Both the position numbers and the translations under genes were made by a program. DNA of 64,000 bases, taken from the NCBI GenBank assembly GCA_016748015.1, contig JAAOMT010000070.1, forward strand, positions 248,001-312,000. Reading direction: 5' to 3'. How positions within the stretch are numbered: the stretch's first letter is position 1; the number at the start of each line of letters is the position of its first letter. The stretch is from Geosiphon pyriformis uo1 (lineage: Eukaryota > Fungi > Glomeromycota). Positions 49,852-61,833 of this stretch are shown here, piece by piece. Under the pieces are notes generated by a model. The model saw nothing but the letters and a program-made list of their open reading frames with translations, did not search any database and had not been told where the DNA came from.

Positions 49852-50722
49852 TATTATTCATAGAATATAGAAAATATATTAACACATAAATTAGCCAATC
49901 AGAAATAGATATAGTAAAATGTAGAATTTTAGGATTCCTCTTAGAGGAATTGCAGGATTTCAGGAATTTCAGAATTTTCATACAAGAAATTGCAGAATTC
50001 CAGAATTCCAAGATTTCTCTCAAAGAAATTGCAGAATTCCAGAAATTGCAGGATTCCAGGTGTGAAAAATTGAGAAATGAAGGAATCTCAAATATATATA
50101 TATAGCAATAGCATTAAAAATAGAAAAGATAGACCTCTTAGTTTAGATTTGATCTAAACAACCTTTTTATTCACAAATATTAATAAATAACTATTCATTA
50201 TTTTAATCTATTCTCTATTATCTACACTTTATGTTAATAGTAATTAATACTTAACCATGCTGAAACAATAGCTCTTGATTATGACTATTGATAAGATACT
50301 AACATTTATTGTTTTGGCTTATTTTTTTATTTTTTTTTATTTTTTTTTATTTTCTTTTGTTATTTCTTTTTGTTTTATTAATTAATTAAGGATTAAAAAA
50401 GTGCTAAGTTATTAACATTATGGATAGTCTGATAAAAAACCCAGAAATAAGAGTAGAATTATATATATATTAACAGATAGCTTACCAAAAGGGCACAACT
50501 ATCAGATTAAACTGGCCATCACACTGAAGACAGAAATTGGGAAAATAACTTGAAGAATTAACCAAAACCAACCATAGTGAATCTCTGTCTATTATACAAA
50601 AAACTCAACCAAAACCTTCAGATCTATAACATCTTCAGATAATTACCAACATAATTCAGCTATTAAGCACCAAGTTACAGATTTGTTATTTACTTTGAGA
50701 CCCCAAATAATTACTTGTAATA
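49852..50722 (+). repeat. LTR-C 5' LTR
   Basis: Direct repeat of 58964-59842. GAAATTGCAGGATTCCAG-type repeats at ~49920-50060 and a TATATATA box at ~50093. Confidence 0.93.
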
Positions 50723-50739
50723 TTTGGTGCTCTCTGTAA

Positions 50740-53700
50740 GGTATAATTCTACAAAGAACCAACATCAATACACAACTATCCAAAAGTAGCAGAATCAAAA
50801 AGAATAGGGACAAACCATTTAGGATTTGCTAAATCTTTGTTTCAATATTACTGTCAACACTTGGGATTAACCAACAATCACCTATCTGCAGAATCAGCAT
50901 TTAATTTCTACATCAACCAAAGAATTTCATATTTGCTAGGAGTACCAGTAGAAACTAATTCAGCCAGAGGAAATTTCTATAATGAATTAATTCAAAATAC
51001 CAGCCCACCAGCAAATTATAATTTCACAGCAATTTTCACTGAAATCAATAAAAAAATTGAACATTACATGCAACAAAGATACCCAATCACCTATGTAAAC
51101 AAAGATAAAGGAAAACTACAAACATCAGCAGTAATACCACAAAGAATATAACCATCTACTTAAAAGAAAACAAGAGTAGAATCTCCAACCAATCTATCAT
51201 ATCACTATATACCCAGAAGTGCCATTAACATCTTATTAGCAGGTGCATCCACATTGAATGTGAAAACCCTATTAACAAAAATACCATTTTAAAGTAAACA
51301 ATCAAAAACTGATCTATTAGGAACCTATGGCAAATATTTTGAGGGATTTAAATCACAATCACTGACATCATCAGGACTTCAATTACCACTGCCTTTACCA
51401 AATTTTGGAATTGCAAGTTTTTGAAAAGTAACAGAATCAAAAGAAAAAGAAAACAATAATTAAAAATTCAATTACCAAAACCTAATTGTCAAAAACCCAG
51501 AAATAGAAACTCCAAATGTTCAAACTCAGCAAAACCTGATTTTAAAAAATTCAGAAATTGAAACTCCAAATCTTCAAACTCCCTAAAATCAGAACAATAC
51601 AAACACCAATATTAATAATTAACAACACTTATCACCAGTAATAGTTATCAACCCACTACCAGTTGCTGTATAACAACAGCCATCACCACAACTCCAAATT
51701 CAATTACCATTCCAACAACAACAACAACAACAACCACAACAACCAAACTTGGATCCAATGGCCTATGTCCCAATAGCAAAACTTGAAAAATTTACAGACG
51801 AAGAAAATGACACCTAAGTATGATTAAACAATATTAAAAAAGCCATCGCAGCCAATAAATAGAATGACACCAGAGCCATGCAAGCCATCCTATACTTTCT
51901 TCAGAATACTGCCAACTCATGGTATTAAAGCTTAGCCAACAAACCTCAAGATTTCAATACATTCAAGCTTGCATTCCTACAATATTTTAGCAATAATAAT
52001 AGTATTAATCAACAAATAAATACCTTCATTATTATTAAACAAGGAAAAACTGAAGCAGTTACTACTTATTTAGAACACTTCTACAGAAATCTGCAGACAA
52101 TACAAGCTGATTATTTTACAATACCACAAATCTTAAATCAATTTATTAGAGACCTGTACAGTAGCATCCTCCAATATGTATATTCATTGCATCCAACAGA
52201 TCTTTAAGCCACCATTACAAATGCCAGAGATTTTGAAGCAGCTGAATTTGAAGCCAATCACATTCAAGCTGTAAATTTAGTGATGAATGGATCATCTGAC
52301 TTGGATTCCAAATTAAAGCAATTCAGTAAATCAATCAATCAGAAATTAGAGGGATACTTAGTTAACAATAATCAGACAATTTATCAATCTCCTCAATAAC
52401 ACAATAATCAAAAAAACTCTAATTGTTTCCAAAATCAATTGCATTCATTATCATTGATCAATCAACAATGACAACAAGAAATACGTGTTTACCACTATTG
52501 TGGTAAACAAGAACACCTACAAATTGACTGCTACCATTGATTAAATAACCAACAATTGGGAAATCAATATTGAAAACCTGATTGCTGGTTTTAAACTCTG
52601 AGTTATTAACCAAACCCAGCATCATATCAACCAAATTATCTACCAATAACATAGCAGCCCATTTATTAACCACCAATTTATAAAACTCTAGCACTAGTTA
52701 TTTATTAACCACAGTCATAAATAATATATCAACCTCAACAAATTTAAACACCACCACAAATTTTAACTTTGATGTCACATAGAAACCAAAGACCAAGATC
52801 TATTCAACAAAACTCGAGATTGGCAATAATTGTTCATCAACCAATTTCCAGTTTATCTACTCAACAATTAAAATTGTATCAGTGGAGTTTAAGAACTGGG
52901 TACATTTAAAACCCAAATTTTCAGAACTATTTAAGTCTTTTGGTTACCCCAAAAAATACTTCATCTAATAATGTAGAAACCAATCAAACACAACCACTCT
53001 CTAGCAACATACCTCCAGTTACCATCACTAATGACAAATTACTAGCAGCAATCTTTCTATTCGAACTCAAGGAACTGTCATCCACATTCTTATTTAGTAG
53101 AGCTATGCTTGAAGAAAAACCAATCACCACCATATATACTGATGTTAAAGTTGATGGCCACTCCATCAAACTCATATTAGATAGCAGATCAGTAAGCAAT
53201 ATTATCACATAACAATTCATGGACCAATTAAGTCACCAAGTTGATCACATTGCCAGTGCCAGAATTATAACAGCTGATGAAATGACCAAAACTCTAATTG
53301 GTGAGATTAATAACCTCCCTATAAAAGTCAATGGCATCATTGTACCCATTAATGTATTAGTCATAGAAGCCACTTAGTACCAAGTATTTGTTGACAATAA
53401 CTTGTTGTTCAAAACTTACATAACACTCAACTGGAACACACAGGAGCTCTAACTTAGCCAAAATGGTCAATACATATGTGTACCAGCCATATGTGGCCAC
53501 TTCAAGCCTATCATCATACCAACAGCACCCCTTATTGAGTTTGACAACAAAAAAAAAACCTACCTGGAAAGCATATCAAATTTCCTGGACTGATAATAAC
53601 TACAATACACTACTACCAATTCTAAACTGGAAAGAAAAAGACAAAAAAAAAGGGAAAGAAAAAGAAAAAAACATACCTGAGGAAACCAACAATACCATGA

Positions 53701-56700
53701 AAACTAGTAGATGGGAAAGTTCATACTCCATAAATATCAGGCCAAAACTACTTTATATTTTTCTTAGATACAAAAACTACAAAAAGAAACTGTCTTTCAT
53801 GAGAGCTTGGATTATGCCAGATGAAGATTACTGGATGTGAACCCATTACTACTATAAACTATGCCACCACAAACACTATGGTTATCCTAAAAGACAAGAC
53901 AAGTGGGACAACAAACCATGTCTCACTTGTAGTAAACAACTATTGGACAAAAAAATAAAGAACAACATTTCTGGATAAGGAGAAACATGCAACACTTTGT
54001 GTCAGTACATAATTCTTATAAGTGACTGAGTCAGTCATAGAACACCCATTACAGCAGTCTGGCACCAAGTGATCTCTTGCTTGGATGGTTACTTACATAA
54101 TAAAGACAAGATCTGGTGAATAGCAAATGTCAAAGTTAAAGATACTTTGCCCAATAAAATCTTAAAGATAAAAAATAACCCACCTAAACCAATTAATGTT
54201 GTTTTGATTCCCAACCCAGATGCTTTCCTAAACATTGAAGTAGACCCAGAAGAATTCTACAAGCACTACCAAAACCTAGCACCCACCAGAGAAAAACAAG
54301 AGCAATGGTTGGAAGAAATAAACACCCAACTATGTGACTATTGTTTAATCCTATGTGACTTTTAATATTGTAATAAGTGTGGTCTTATTTACAATCCACT
54401 ACCACACATAATTTACACAATTCCTGAAGAGAAGAAACCAATCAGCAGCTGTACATTAGAATCAGAATCAACATTTAATCCTGATTCAAACTCCAACAAC
54501 AATAACAATGAAAACAATGGTTCCAGCTCTGTTTAAAATGGCAATAATAATTACAATAATTTGAACTCCAATTCAAACCTTAAACAATATATTGCTCTTC
54601 TTAATTTTTTCAAGAAGCAGAAACTCAAATGGTTCAATGATAACAATAAAAACATCATGTTAGAATGAATGCATGATACTAATGCAGGGTTTGATCTGAG
54701 ATATCCAAAAAAAGATGCCATCAAATTGGAACCACACTTATGCATTTGTATTAATCTTAAAATAGCACTGAAAATTCCAGCAACAACAATGGTTCAGTTA
54801 GTATTCAGAAGTAGTTTAACAAAAAAGAGAATCAACATCAAAGAAAGAATAATTGATACAGGATATATAGGAAATATCATTGCAATACTACAAAATGACC
54901 CAGAAAAAGCCTATATCATAGAGCCAAATAAAAAGATAGCACAAGCAATATTCCTGTCTCTGTTAAAATAGCTCAATTAGTATTAGTGGAAAACAGAGAA
55001 AAATTAGGAATTACAGCTAAAGGGATACAGGAATTCGGATCTATGGGTAAAATAGATGTACCAGTCAATATGGCAGAAGAAGAAATTATTAACAAGAGAG
55101 AAATTATCTTCAACTGTCAATTAATTTCTATTCTATCATATAATCAGTACATGTTAGCCATAGAAAGGAAAGTAAAAGATCAAGCTCAGATTTTTGAAAC
55201 AGAAACTACAATGTGTAAATCAGAAAAAATTGGACTTACCAATCTTTATATACCAGCCAAAAGCCCAAAACATATCAAAATTCTTATTTACAACACAACA
55301 GAAAATGTTCTTAAGATACCAAAAAAAACTACCATCAGATATCTAAGCACTGAAGTTAAAGAACAATTACCAAATCTCATTCCAAACTTTTCACAACTGT
55401 GTGAATATGTGAATATCACATCACAAACAATATATGGACAAGAAGAATATTATCTGCTCCAACTAGAACAATTAGAACAGATGAACTTGGGAAATTTAGA
55501 CCCACTACAACATATGCAGCTTAAGATGTTACTCAACAATTTCAATAACATCTTTGCCAACAAAAACAAATTTGGTTGTATTAATATCATTCAATATTAG
55601 ATTAAGACTGGTGATACAATACTAATAAAACAACAAGCATACAGAATACCACTAGCCAGCCATGAACTCATTCAACAAAAAATCAATCAGATGCTAAACA
55701 ACAGGTTAATTCAACCATCAATGAATTTATGGTTGTTATTAGTAGTACTAGTCCATAAGAAGAATAAAAAAATCTGCTTTTGTGTGAATTACTAGAAACT
55801 AAATAGAGTAACAAAAAAAGATAGCTACCCAATTCCAAAAATCCAGGAACTTTTCAATGTTTTTGGAGGAAAAAAATGGTTTTCAACATTAGACTTAGAC
55901 TGTAATTACTGACAAGTAGCCATAAAATCAGAAGATAAGAAGAAAATAGCTTTTACAACTCGAGAAAAAAACTTTGAATTTAAAGTAATGCCATTTGGCT
56001 TAATAAATACTTCAGCCACATTTTAACAGCTCATGGAAATTGTTTATACAGGATTACTATAAAAATTAATAGTAGTCTATTTGGACAACACCAATGTATT
56101 TTCAAAAACATTTAATGATCATTTACATTATCTTCAGCAAGTGTTTAAGAGATTAAAAAAAGCTGAACTAAAGTTAAATACAACTAAATATTTCTTTGGA
56201 AAAACAAAACTCAAATTCTTAGGATATGTTGTAAGCAAAGATGGCATTAAAATGAATTCTGACAAGATTAAGATAGTTAAAAACTTTTTAGTACCAACCA
56301 ACTTAACAAAACTAAGAGCATTCTTGGAATTTGCCAGATAATATTACCATTTTATCAAAGACTTTTCCAAAATAGCTCAACCATTACACCAACTCCAAAC
56401 AAAAAATACCAAATACAAATAGACTGAAACTCAACAAAAAGCTTTTAACACACTAAGAGAAAAACTTATTTAGGCTTCAGTATTAATTTATTCAGATTAC
56501 AACAAACCATTTATTATTACTATAGATGCATCTGGTTAAGCATTAAGAGCTGTACTATCTCAGAAAGGACCAGATGAATGAGAACACCTAATAGTTTATA
56601 CCAGCAGAAGCTTAAGTCCAGCTGAAAAGAACTATGGAACTCCAGTATTAGAACATTTAGTTATCTATTGGGCTGTTATTAAATAGAAAGAATATTTGAG

Positions 56701-56878
56701 TCAAAAGTTTGATGTGTACACTGATTACAAAGGATTGACTTCAATCCAGAAACAAGAATTTGGAGACAATTGCTATGCCAGATAGAAAATAGAACTTTCA
56801 CTATTTAATTATACAATACATTACAAAAAAAAAAAAAATGGAAATACCAATGGTTTGTCAAAAATGAAACAGATCTAA
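50740..56878 (+). pseudogene. LTR-C gag-PR-Cys-rich-dUTPase-RT-RNase H, heavily disrupted
   Basis: PIAKLEKFT gag start, LILDS protease (~53170), NAGFDLRYP/RSSL/IIDTGYIGNI dUTPase (54620-55050), MPFGL, VYLDN, IDASG. Confidence 0.9.
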
Positions 56879-56908
56879 GAATATTTTAACCCAAAAATAT
56901 AACAAAAG

Positions 56909-58283
56909 ATGAATATACAAAAATACCAACAACTCCAACATTATATAAATATCGAATTGTTCAAGGAGAAATTATCTCAAAAAAAACAAAATAACATAAA
57001 ACAACAATCAAAATATTTTATTAACCATCAAAATATACTTTATTGGAAGAACAAAAGAAATTCAAATCAACCAACCAGAGTAATTACAGAACCAGAAAAA
57101 GAAACAATATTATTTAACATGCACTCAGATTCAACAACAAAATATTTTTACAAAGAAGCAACCATAAAAAGAATTAGAAAAAGATACTATTGGCCATCTA
57201 TGTATTCAAACATCATTTAATATGTTTAAAACTGTAATGCTTGTTAGAAAAGAGGAGAAACAAAGCCAAGTGAGTCATTAAGACCAATCAAAGTGAGACA
57301 ACCATTTGATCACATTAGAATTGACTTAGTTAGACTATTGACAATAACCAGCAGAGAAAACAGATATATTGTAGTAGTCATAAACTATTTTACAAAATAG
57401 CCAAAAGCAAAAGCCATTCAAAGAGCAGATGCAAAATCCATTGCTGAATTTGTTCATCAAGATTTGATTTGTTGACATGAATGTCCAAAAATTTATTATC
57501 AGATCAAGAAACTCACTTTGTAAATAGAACATTGACAGAATTAAGTCAAAGATTTGGGATAAAAAGACCATTATTATTACCATATCATCCACAAACCAAT
57601 GGGCTAGTAAAAAGATTTAATAGAACATTGTGTGAAACAATTGCCAAAATCAGCCAAGAAAACCAGGACAAATAGGATTTGTTTATACCATCAGTATTAT
57701 TTGCATACAGGACAATAAAGCAAGACACTACACAAACAACACTATTTAAATTAGTATACAGTAGAACAGCAACATTACCAGTTAAAATAGAAGTCAAAAC
57801 ATATCCAACAAAACCAATAACTTAAGATAATTTTTAAAGAACATTGTTGAAAAAAACATATAACTTAATAGAAACACTAAAAAATAAATGGCAAAGAGCA
57901 GCTAATAATATCCAAAAGTTACAAGAAAAACAAAAAAAAAATACAATAACCAACTACTAAAGAAACTAGTCGAATTCAAGATTGGAGACAAAGTACTTTT
58001 ATATCATACCAAAGCAAAAAAACAATGGAGTAGAAAATTTGATCCCAAATAGGACAGACCATTTCACATAGAAGAAATTCTAGGAAATAGAACTTATAAA
58101 TTAAGTTTAAACAACAAAATCTTAACCAAAGCAACACATGATAATCAACTGAAACTATATAATCATATAGCATTATCATTCACCAATAATATTCCACAAT
58201 TGAAAGTACAGAGAATACTAATCAAACCAGATGAAATTCTACGAAATTTAGAACCAATTATAATTATTAAACCAAACACATAA
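56909..58283 (+). pseudogene. LTR-C integrase
   Basis: NMHSD, RYYWP, SDQETHF, PYHPQTNGLVKRFNRTL. Own ATG at 56909. Confidence 0.9.
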
Positions 58284-58313
58284 AATTGAACAACCAAAAG
58301 AGTATATAAAGAC

Positions 58314-58949
58314 ATGGTATATGTGACAAAAGACAGCAGAAAAATGGAGATTACTGACAACATCAACTCACTAGCACAACAACTCTTTTAACTGATCCAA
58401 CAACAAGAGATGAAAATTACAATCAACCAACAAACTATTAGATATACAAACACCAGAAAGAAACCATAAGATAAAGTACAGAGAAAAACAGAAAACACTG
58501 TTGACAAAATAATTACCAAGGTAAAATTAGCAATAAAAACATCACCAAAAGTCACCCAATATTAAGAGTTAATTATAGAAACTTGGAATTGGTAGATACA
58601 ACAATTTCCAAAAAACTTTTATTACTTTTACTTAGGATAACACCTAAACATTCAAAGTTTGTACACAGATAAAACAAAACAATTATTTAACACAACAGTA
58701 CTATAATAACTAGAACAATTTGTGAAAAAAAACAATTTAACCACACAAGCAAAAGCCATTTATTGGCTGCATACTGGATTTTAAGATCAGCCAGAAATTT
58801 TACTCAATACAGCAATAAACTCTATTACTGTTAATCAAATGGAAAAAATAACCAATGTCCAATTTAAAAAATTACAGAACAAGATAACACAAGTAATTCT
58901 CAAAGATAAAGAATTAGAATTAGAAAATCTTGACGGAGTTTAATATTAA
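58314..58949 (+). pseudogene. LTR-C ORF3 (212 codons, internal stops)
   Basis: ATG at 58314 is in frame with TAA at 58947 adjoining the PPT. Colinear with 62718-63377. Confidence 0.78.
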
Positions 58950-58963
58950 AAAAGAGGAAATAA

Positions 58964-59842
58964 TATTACTCATAAAATATAAGAAATATATTAATACATA
59001 AATTAGTCAATTAGAGATAAATATAGTAAAATATAGAATTCCAGATTTCTTCTCAGAGGAATTGCAAGATTCTAGGAATTTCAGAATTCTTATATAAGGA
59101 ATTGCAGAATTGCAAAATTTCAGGATTCCTCTTAAAGAAATTGCAGGATTTTAGGAATTTCAGAATTTCAGATATGAAGAATTAAAAAATAGAGGAATCT
59201 CAAATATGTATATATAGCAGTAGTGTCAGAAGTAGAAAAGACAGACCTCTTAATTTAGATTTGATCTAAACAACTTTTTCATTCACAAATATCAATAAAT
59301 AACTATTCACTATCTTAATCAATTCTCCACTATTCATACTTTATGTTGATAATAATTAATACTTAACCATGCTAAAACAATAGCTCTTGATTATAGTTAT
59401 TGACAGGATATTAATATTTATTGCCTTGGCTTATTTCTTTATTTTCTTTTATTTTCTTTTATTTTTTTTATTTTCTTTTGTTATTTTTTTTGTTTTACTA
59501 ATTGATTAAGAATTAAAAAAGTGTTGAGTTATTGATGTTACAGATAACCTGGTAAAAAACCCAGAAATAAGGATAGAATTATATATATATTAATGGATAG
59601 CTTACCAAAAAGGCACGACTGCCAGATTAAACTGGTCATCACATTAAAAACAGAAATTGGGAAAATGACTTGAAGAATCAACCAAAACCAATCATAGTAA
59701 ATCTCTGTCTATTATACAAAAAACTTAACCAAAACCTTCAGATCTATAATACCTTCAAATAATTACCAACATAATTTAGCTATTGAGCACCAAGTTATGG
59801 GTTTGTTATTTGCTTTAAGACCTCAAATAATTACTTGTAACA
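58964..59842 (+). repeat. LTR-C 3' LTR
   Basis: Ends TGTAACA, followed by the TSD ACAT. Confidence 0.93.
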
Positions 59843-59985
59843 ACATGTAGTGTTGTTTTGTTTGGCCCAAGTGGCTGGTCACATGTAGTCAGTACATAAG
59901 CTGTATTTAGTTTGATTCACTTAGTTTGGTTTTATATACTAGATAGCAGTTGGGCTTTACTTGTATAACTCATAATAAAAAAAAA
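59843..59985 (+). mobile_element. LINE-e terminal codons, 3' UTR and A tail
   Basis: GGCCCAAGTGGCTGGTCACATGTAG motif; aligns with 35950-36092. Confidence 0.9.
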
Positions 59986-60124
59986 TTTATTGGTTGTAAT
60001 ATCTTTTATTATTCTATAGCATTTAAAAATATATTTGCAAAATACATTTTTAAAATAAATAATAAATTATTTTATGCATTTTTTATTATTATGTATTTAA
60101 TAAATATGATTTAATTATTATTTA

Positions 60125-60789
60125 AATATTAGACATAAACTAAGTATACTAGGGCTAAATGCAACTCATATGTTTTTTATATATAACCAATTACTTGAAC
60201 CAGCTTAGACTATATTACATTGATGTTATTAAAAAAAAACTTATTCAAAGAAAATATTCTTTAAATAATTTCAAACAATATAACATTATTATTAATTATT
60301 TTAACCAATTATTTAGCTATTTTCAATATAATAATCTTTACAATAACAGATTTGTATTTTCAAAATAATATTAAGCTAAAAAATATAGCATTATTAATAA
60401 CAAACAAACTTATCTAAAAACCAGCTATATTAATATTTTTATAGCTATATTTAGTTTTTAAAACAATTATTTTACACTTTAGCTTATCAATAGTTTTGCT
60501 AAAAACATTTATATATATTATAACTTTATTAATCTTAAAGCCAAGTGTTTTATTTAGAACTAAATTACCATTAATAAATTATTTAAACACAGTAATTAAA
60601 GAACTAACTAGCTTAATAATAGACTTAACTAGAATAAAAAGCTTGGCCAAATCAGATTTCAAAAAAATTAAATGAAAAAAAACCATAGAGTTATTAATTA
60701 TTATATTAGCAGAAAAAGCTATATTAACTAAAAGATTAGAAACTAAAAAAAAAACATAGAAGCAATAGCCTTAGTATAAGATTTAACAT
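60125..60789 (-). mobile_element. Degenerate LINE-related fragment (LINE 3' UTR at ~60130-60222 preceded by non-ORF2-like coding remnant)
   Basis: Reverse complement atgtaatatagtctaagctggttcaagtaattggttatat...gagttgcatttag aligns with the 35951-36016 UTR. Confidence 0.6.
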
Positions 60790-61489
60790 TGTTATTCATA
60801 GAAATTAGAAATTATAATAGTAGATAAAATAGCCAATCAGAAATAGGCATAGAAAAAAAAATTTCAGGATTCTTTTTGAGGTAGAAAAGACAAAATTCTT
60901 TAATTACAGATCTCTCAGTTTAGATTTGATTTAAGCAACCTTTCCATTCACAAATATCAATAAATAATTATTTGCTATTTCAATCTACTCTTCACTATTA
61001 ACACTTTATATTGATAATAATTGATACTTAAACACACTGGAACAATAGCTCTTGATCACAGCTATTGACAAGATACTAACTTGCTACCACCTTGGCTTAT
61101 TTTTTTTATTTTTTTTTATTTTTTTTATTTTCTTTGTTATTTTTTTGTTTTACTAATTGATTGAAGATTAAGTGCTGAAGTTATTGACATCATGGATAGC
61201 CTGGTAAAAAACCCAGAAATAAGGATAAAATTATATATATATTAATAGATAGCTTACCAAAAGGGCATGACTGCCAGAATAAATCTGGCCATTAAGCTGA
61301 GAAAGAAATTAAAAAAGCAACTTACTAACAACAGCCATATCATTATTGAATCTCTGTTCATTATACAAAGAGCTCAACCAAAACCTTCAGATAACAATAC
61401 CTTCAGATTACTATTATTGTGAATAGCTTCTGAGCACTAAGTTATGAGTTTGTTATTTGATTTGAGACCCCAAATAATCACTTGTAATA
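60790..61489 (+). repeat. LTR-D: solo LTR with U3 deletion and mismatched flanks
   Basis: TGTTATTCATAG...TGTAATA, homologous to the LTR-B/C LTRs. No PBS or PPT adjacent. Flanks are ACAT / CCAT. Confidence 0.88.
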
Positions 61490-61833
61490 CCATTGATCTG
61501 AATTCTTGTATCCCTCTTGCTGTTATCCCTAATTTTTTCCTGTTTCTTATTGATACTAACTGAGCTACTTTAACCAGAGGCAGAAATATTGTCTGTGCTA
61601 TCTTTTTATTTGGCTCTATAATATAGGCCTTTTCTGAATTATTTTGTAGCATAGCAATAATATTTCCTACATATTCTGCATCAATTATTTTTTCTCTGAT
61701 GTTGATTTCTTTCTTTGCTATACTACTCCTAAATGCTAGTTGAACTATTGTTGTTACTGTAATTTTCCAATACTACTTTAAGATCAATGCATGTGCACAA
61801 ATGTGATTCCAATTTGATGGCATCTTTTTCTGG
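61490..61833 (-). pseudogene. Isolated dUTPase fragment of another LTR-C-family element
   Basis: PEKDAIKLESH...AFRSSIAKKEINIREKIIDAEYVGNII...IAQTIF...RGIQEFRSM. Colinear with 54706-55045. Confidence 0.88.

Larger units (their letters stand above)
49852..59842 (+). mobile_element. LTR-C: full-length, more degraded Ty3/Gypsy-type element with dUTPase and ORF3
   Basis: LTRs 49852-50722 and 58964-59842, TSD ACAT (49848-49851 / 59843-59846), PBS TGGTGCTCTC at 50725, PPT at 58948-58960. Confidence 0.95.
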
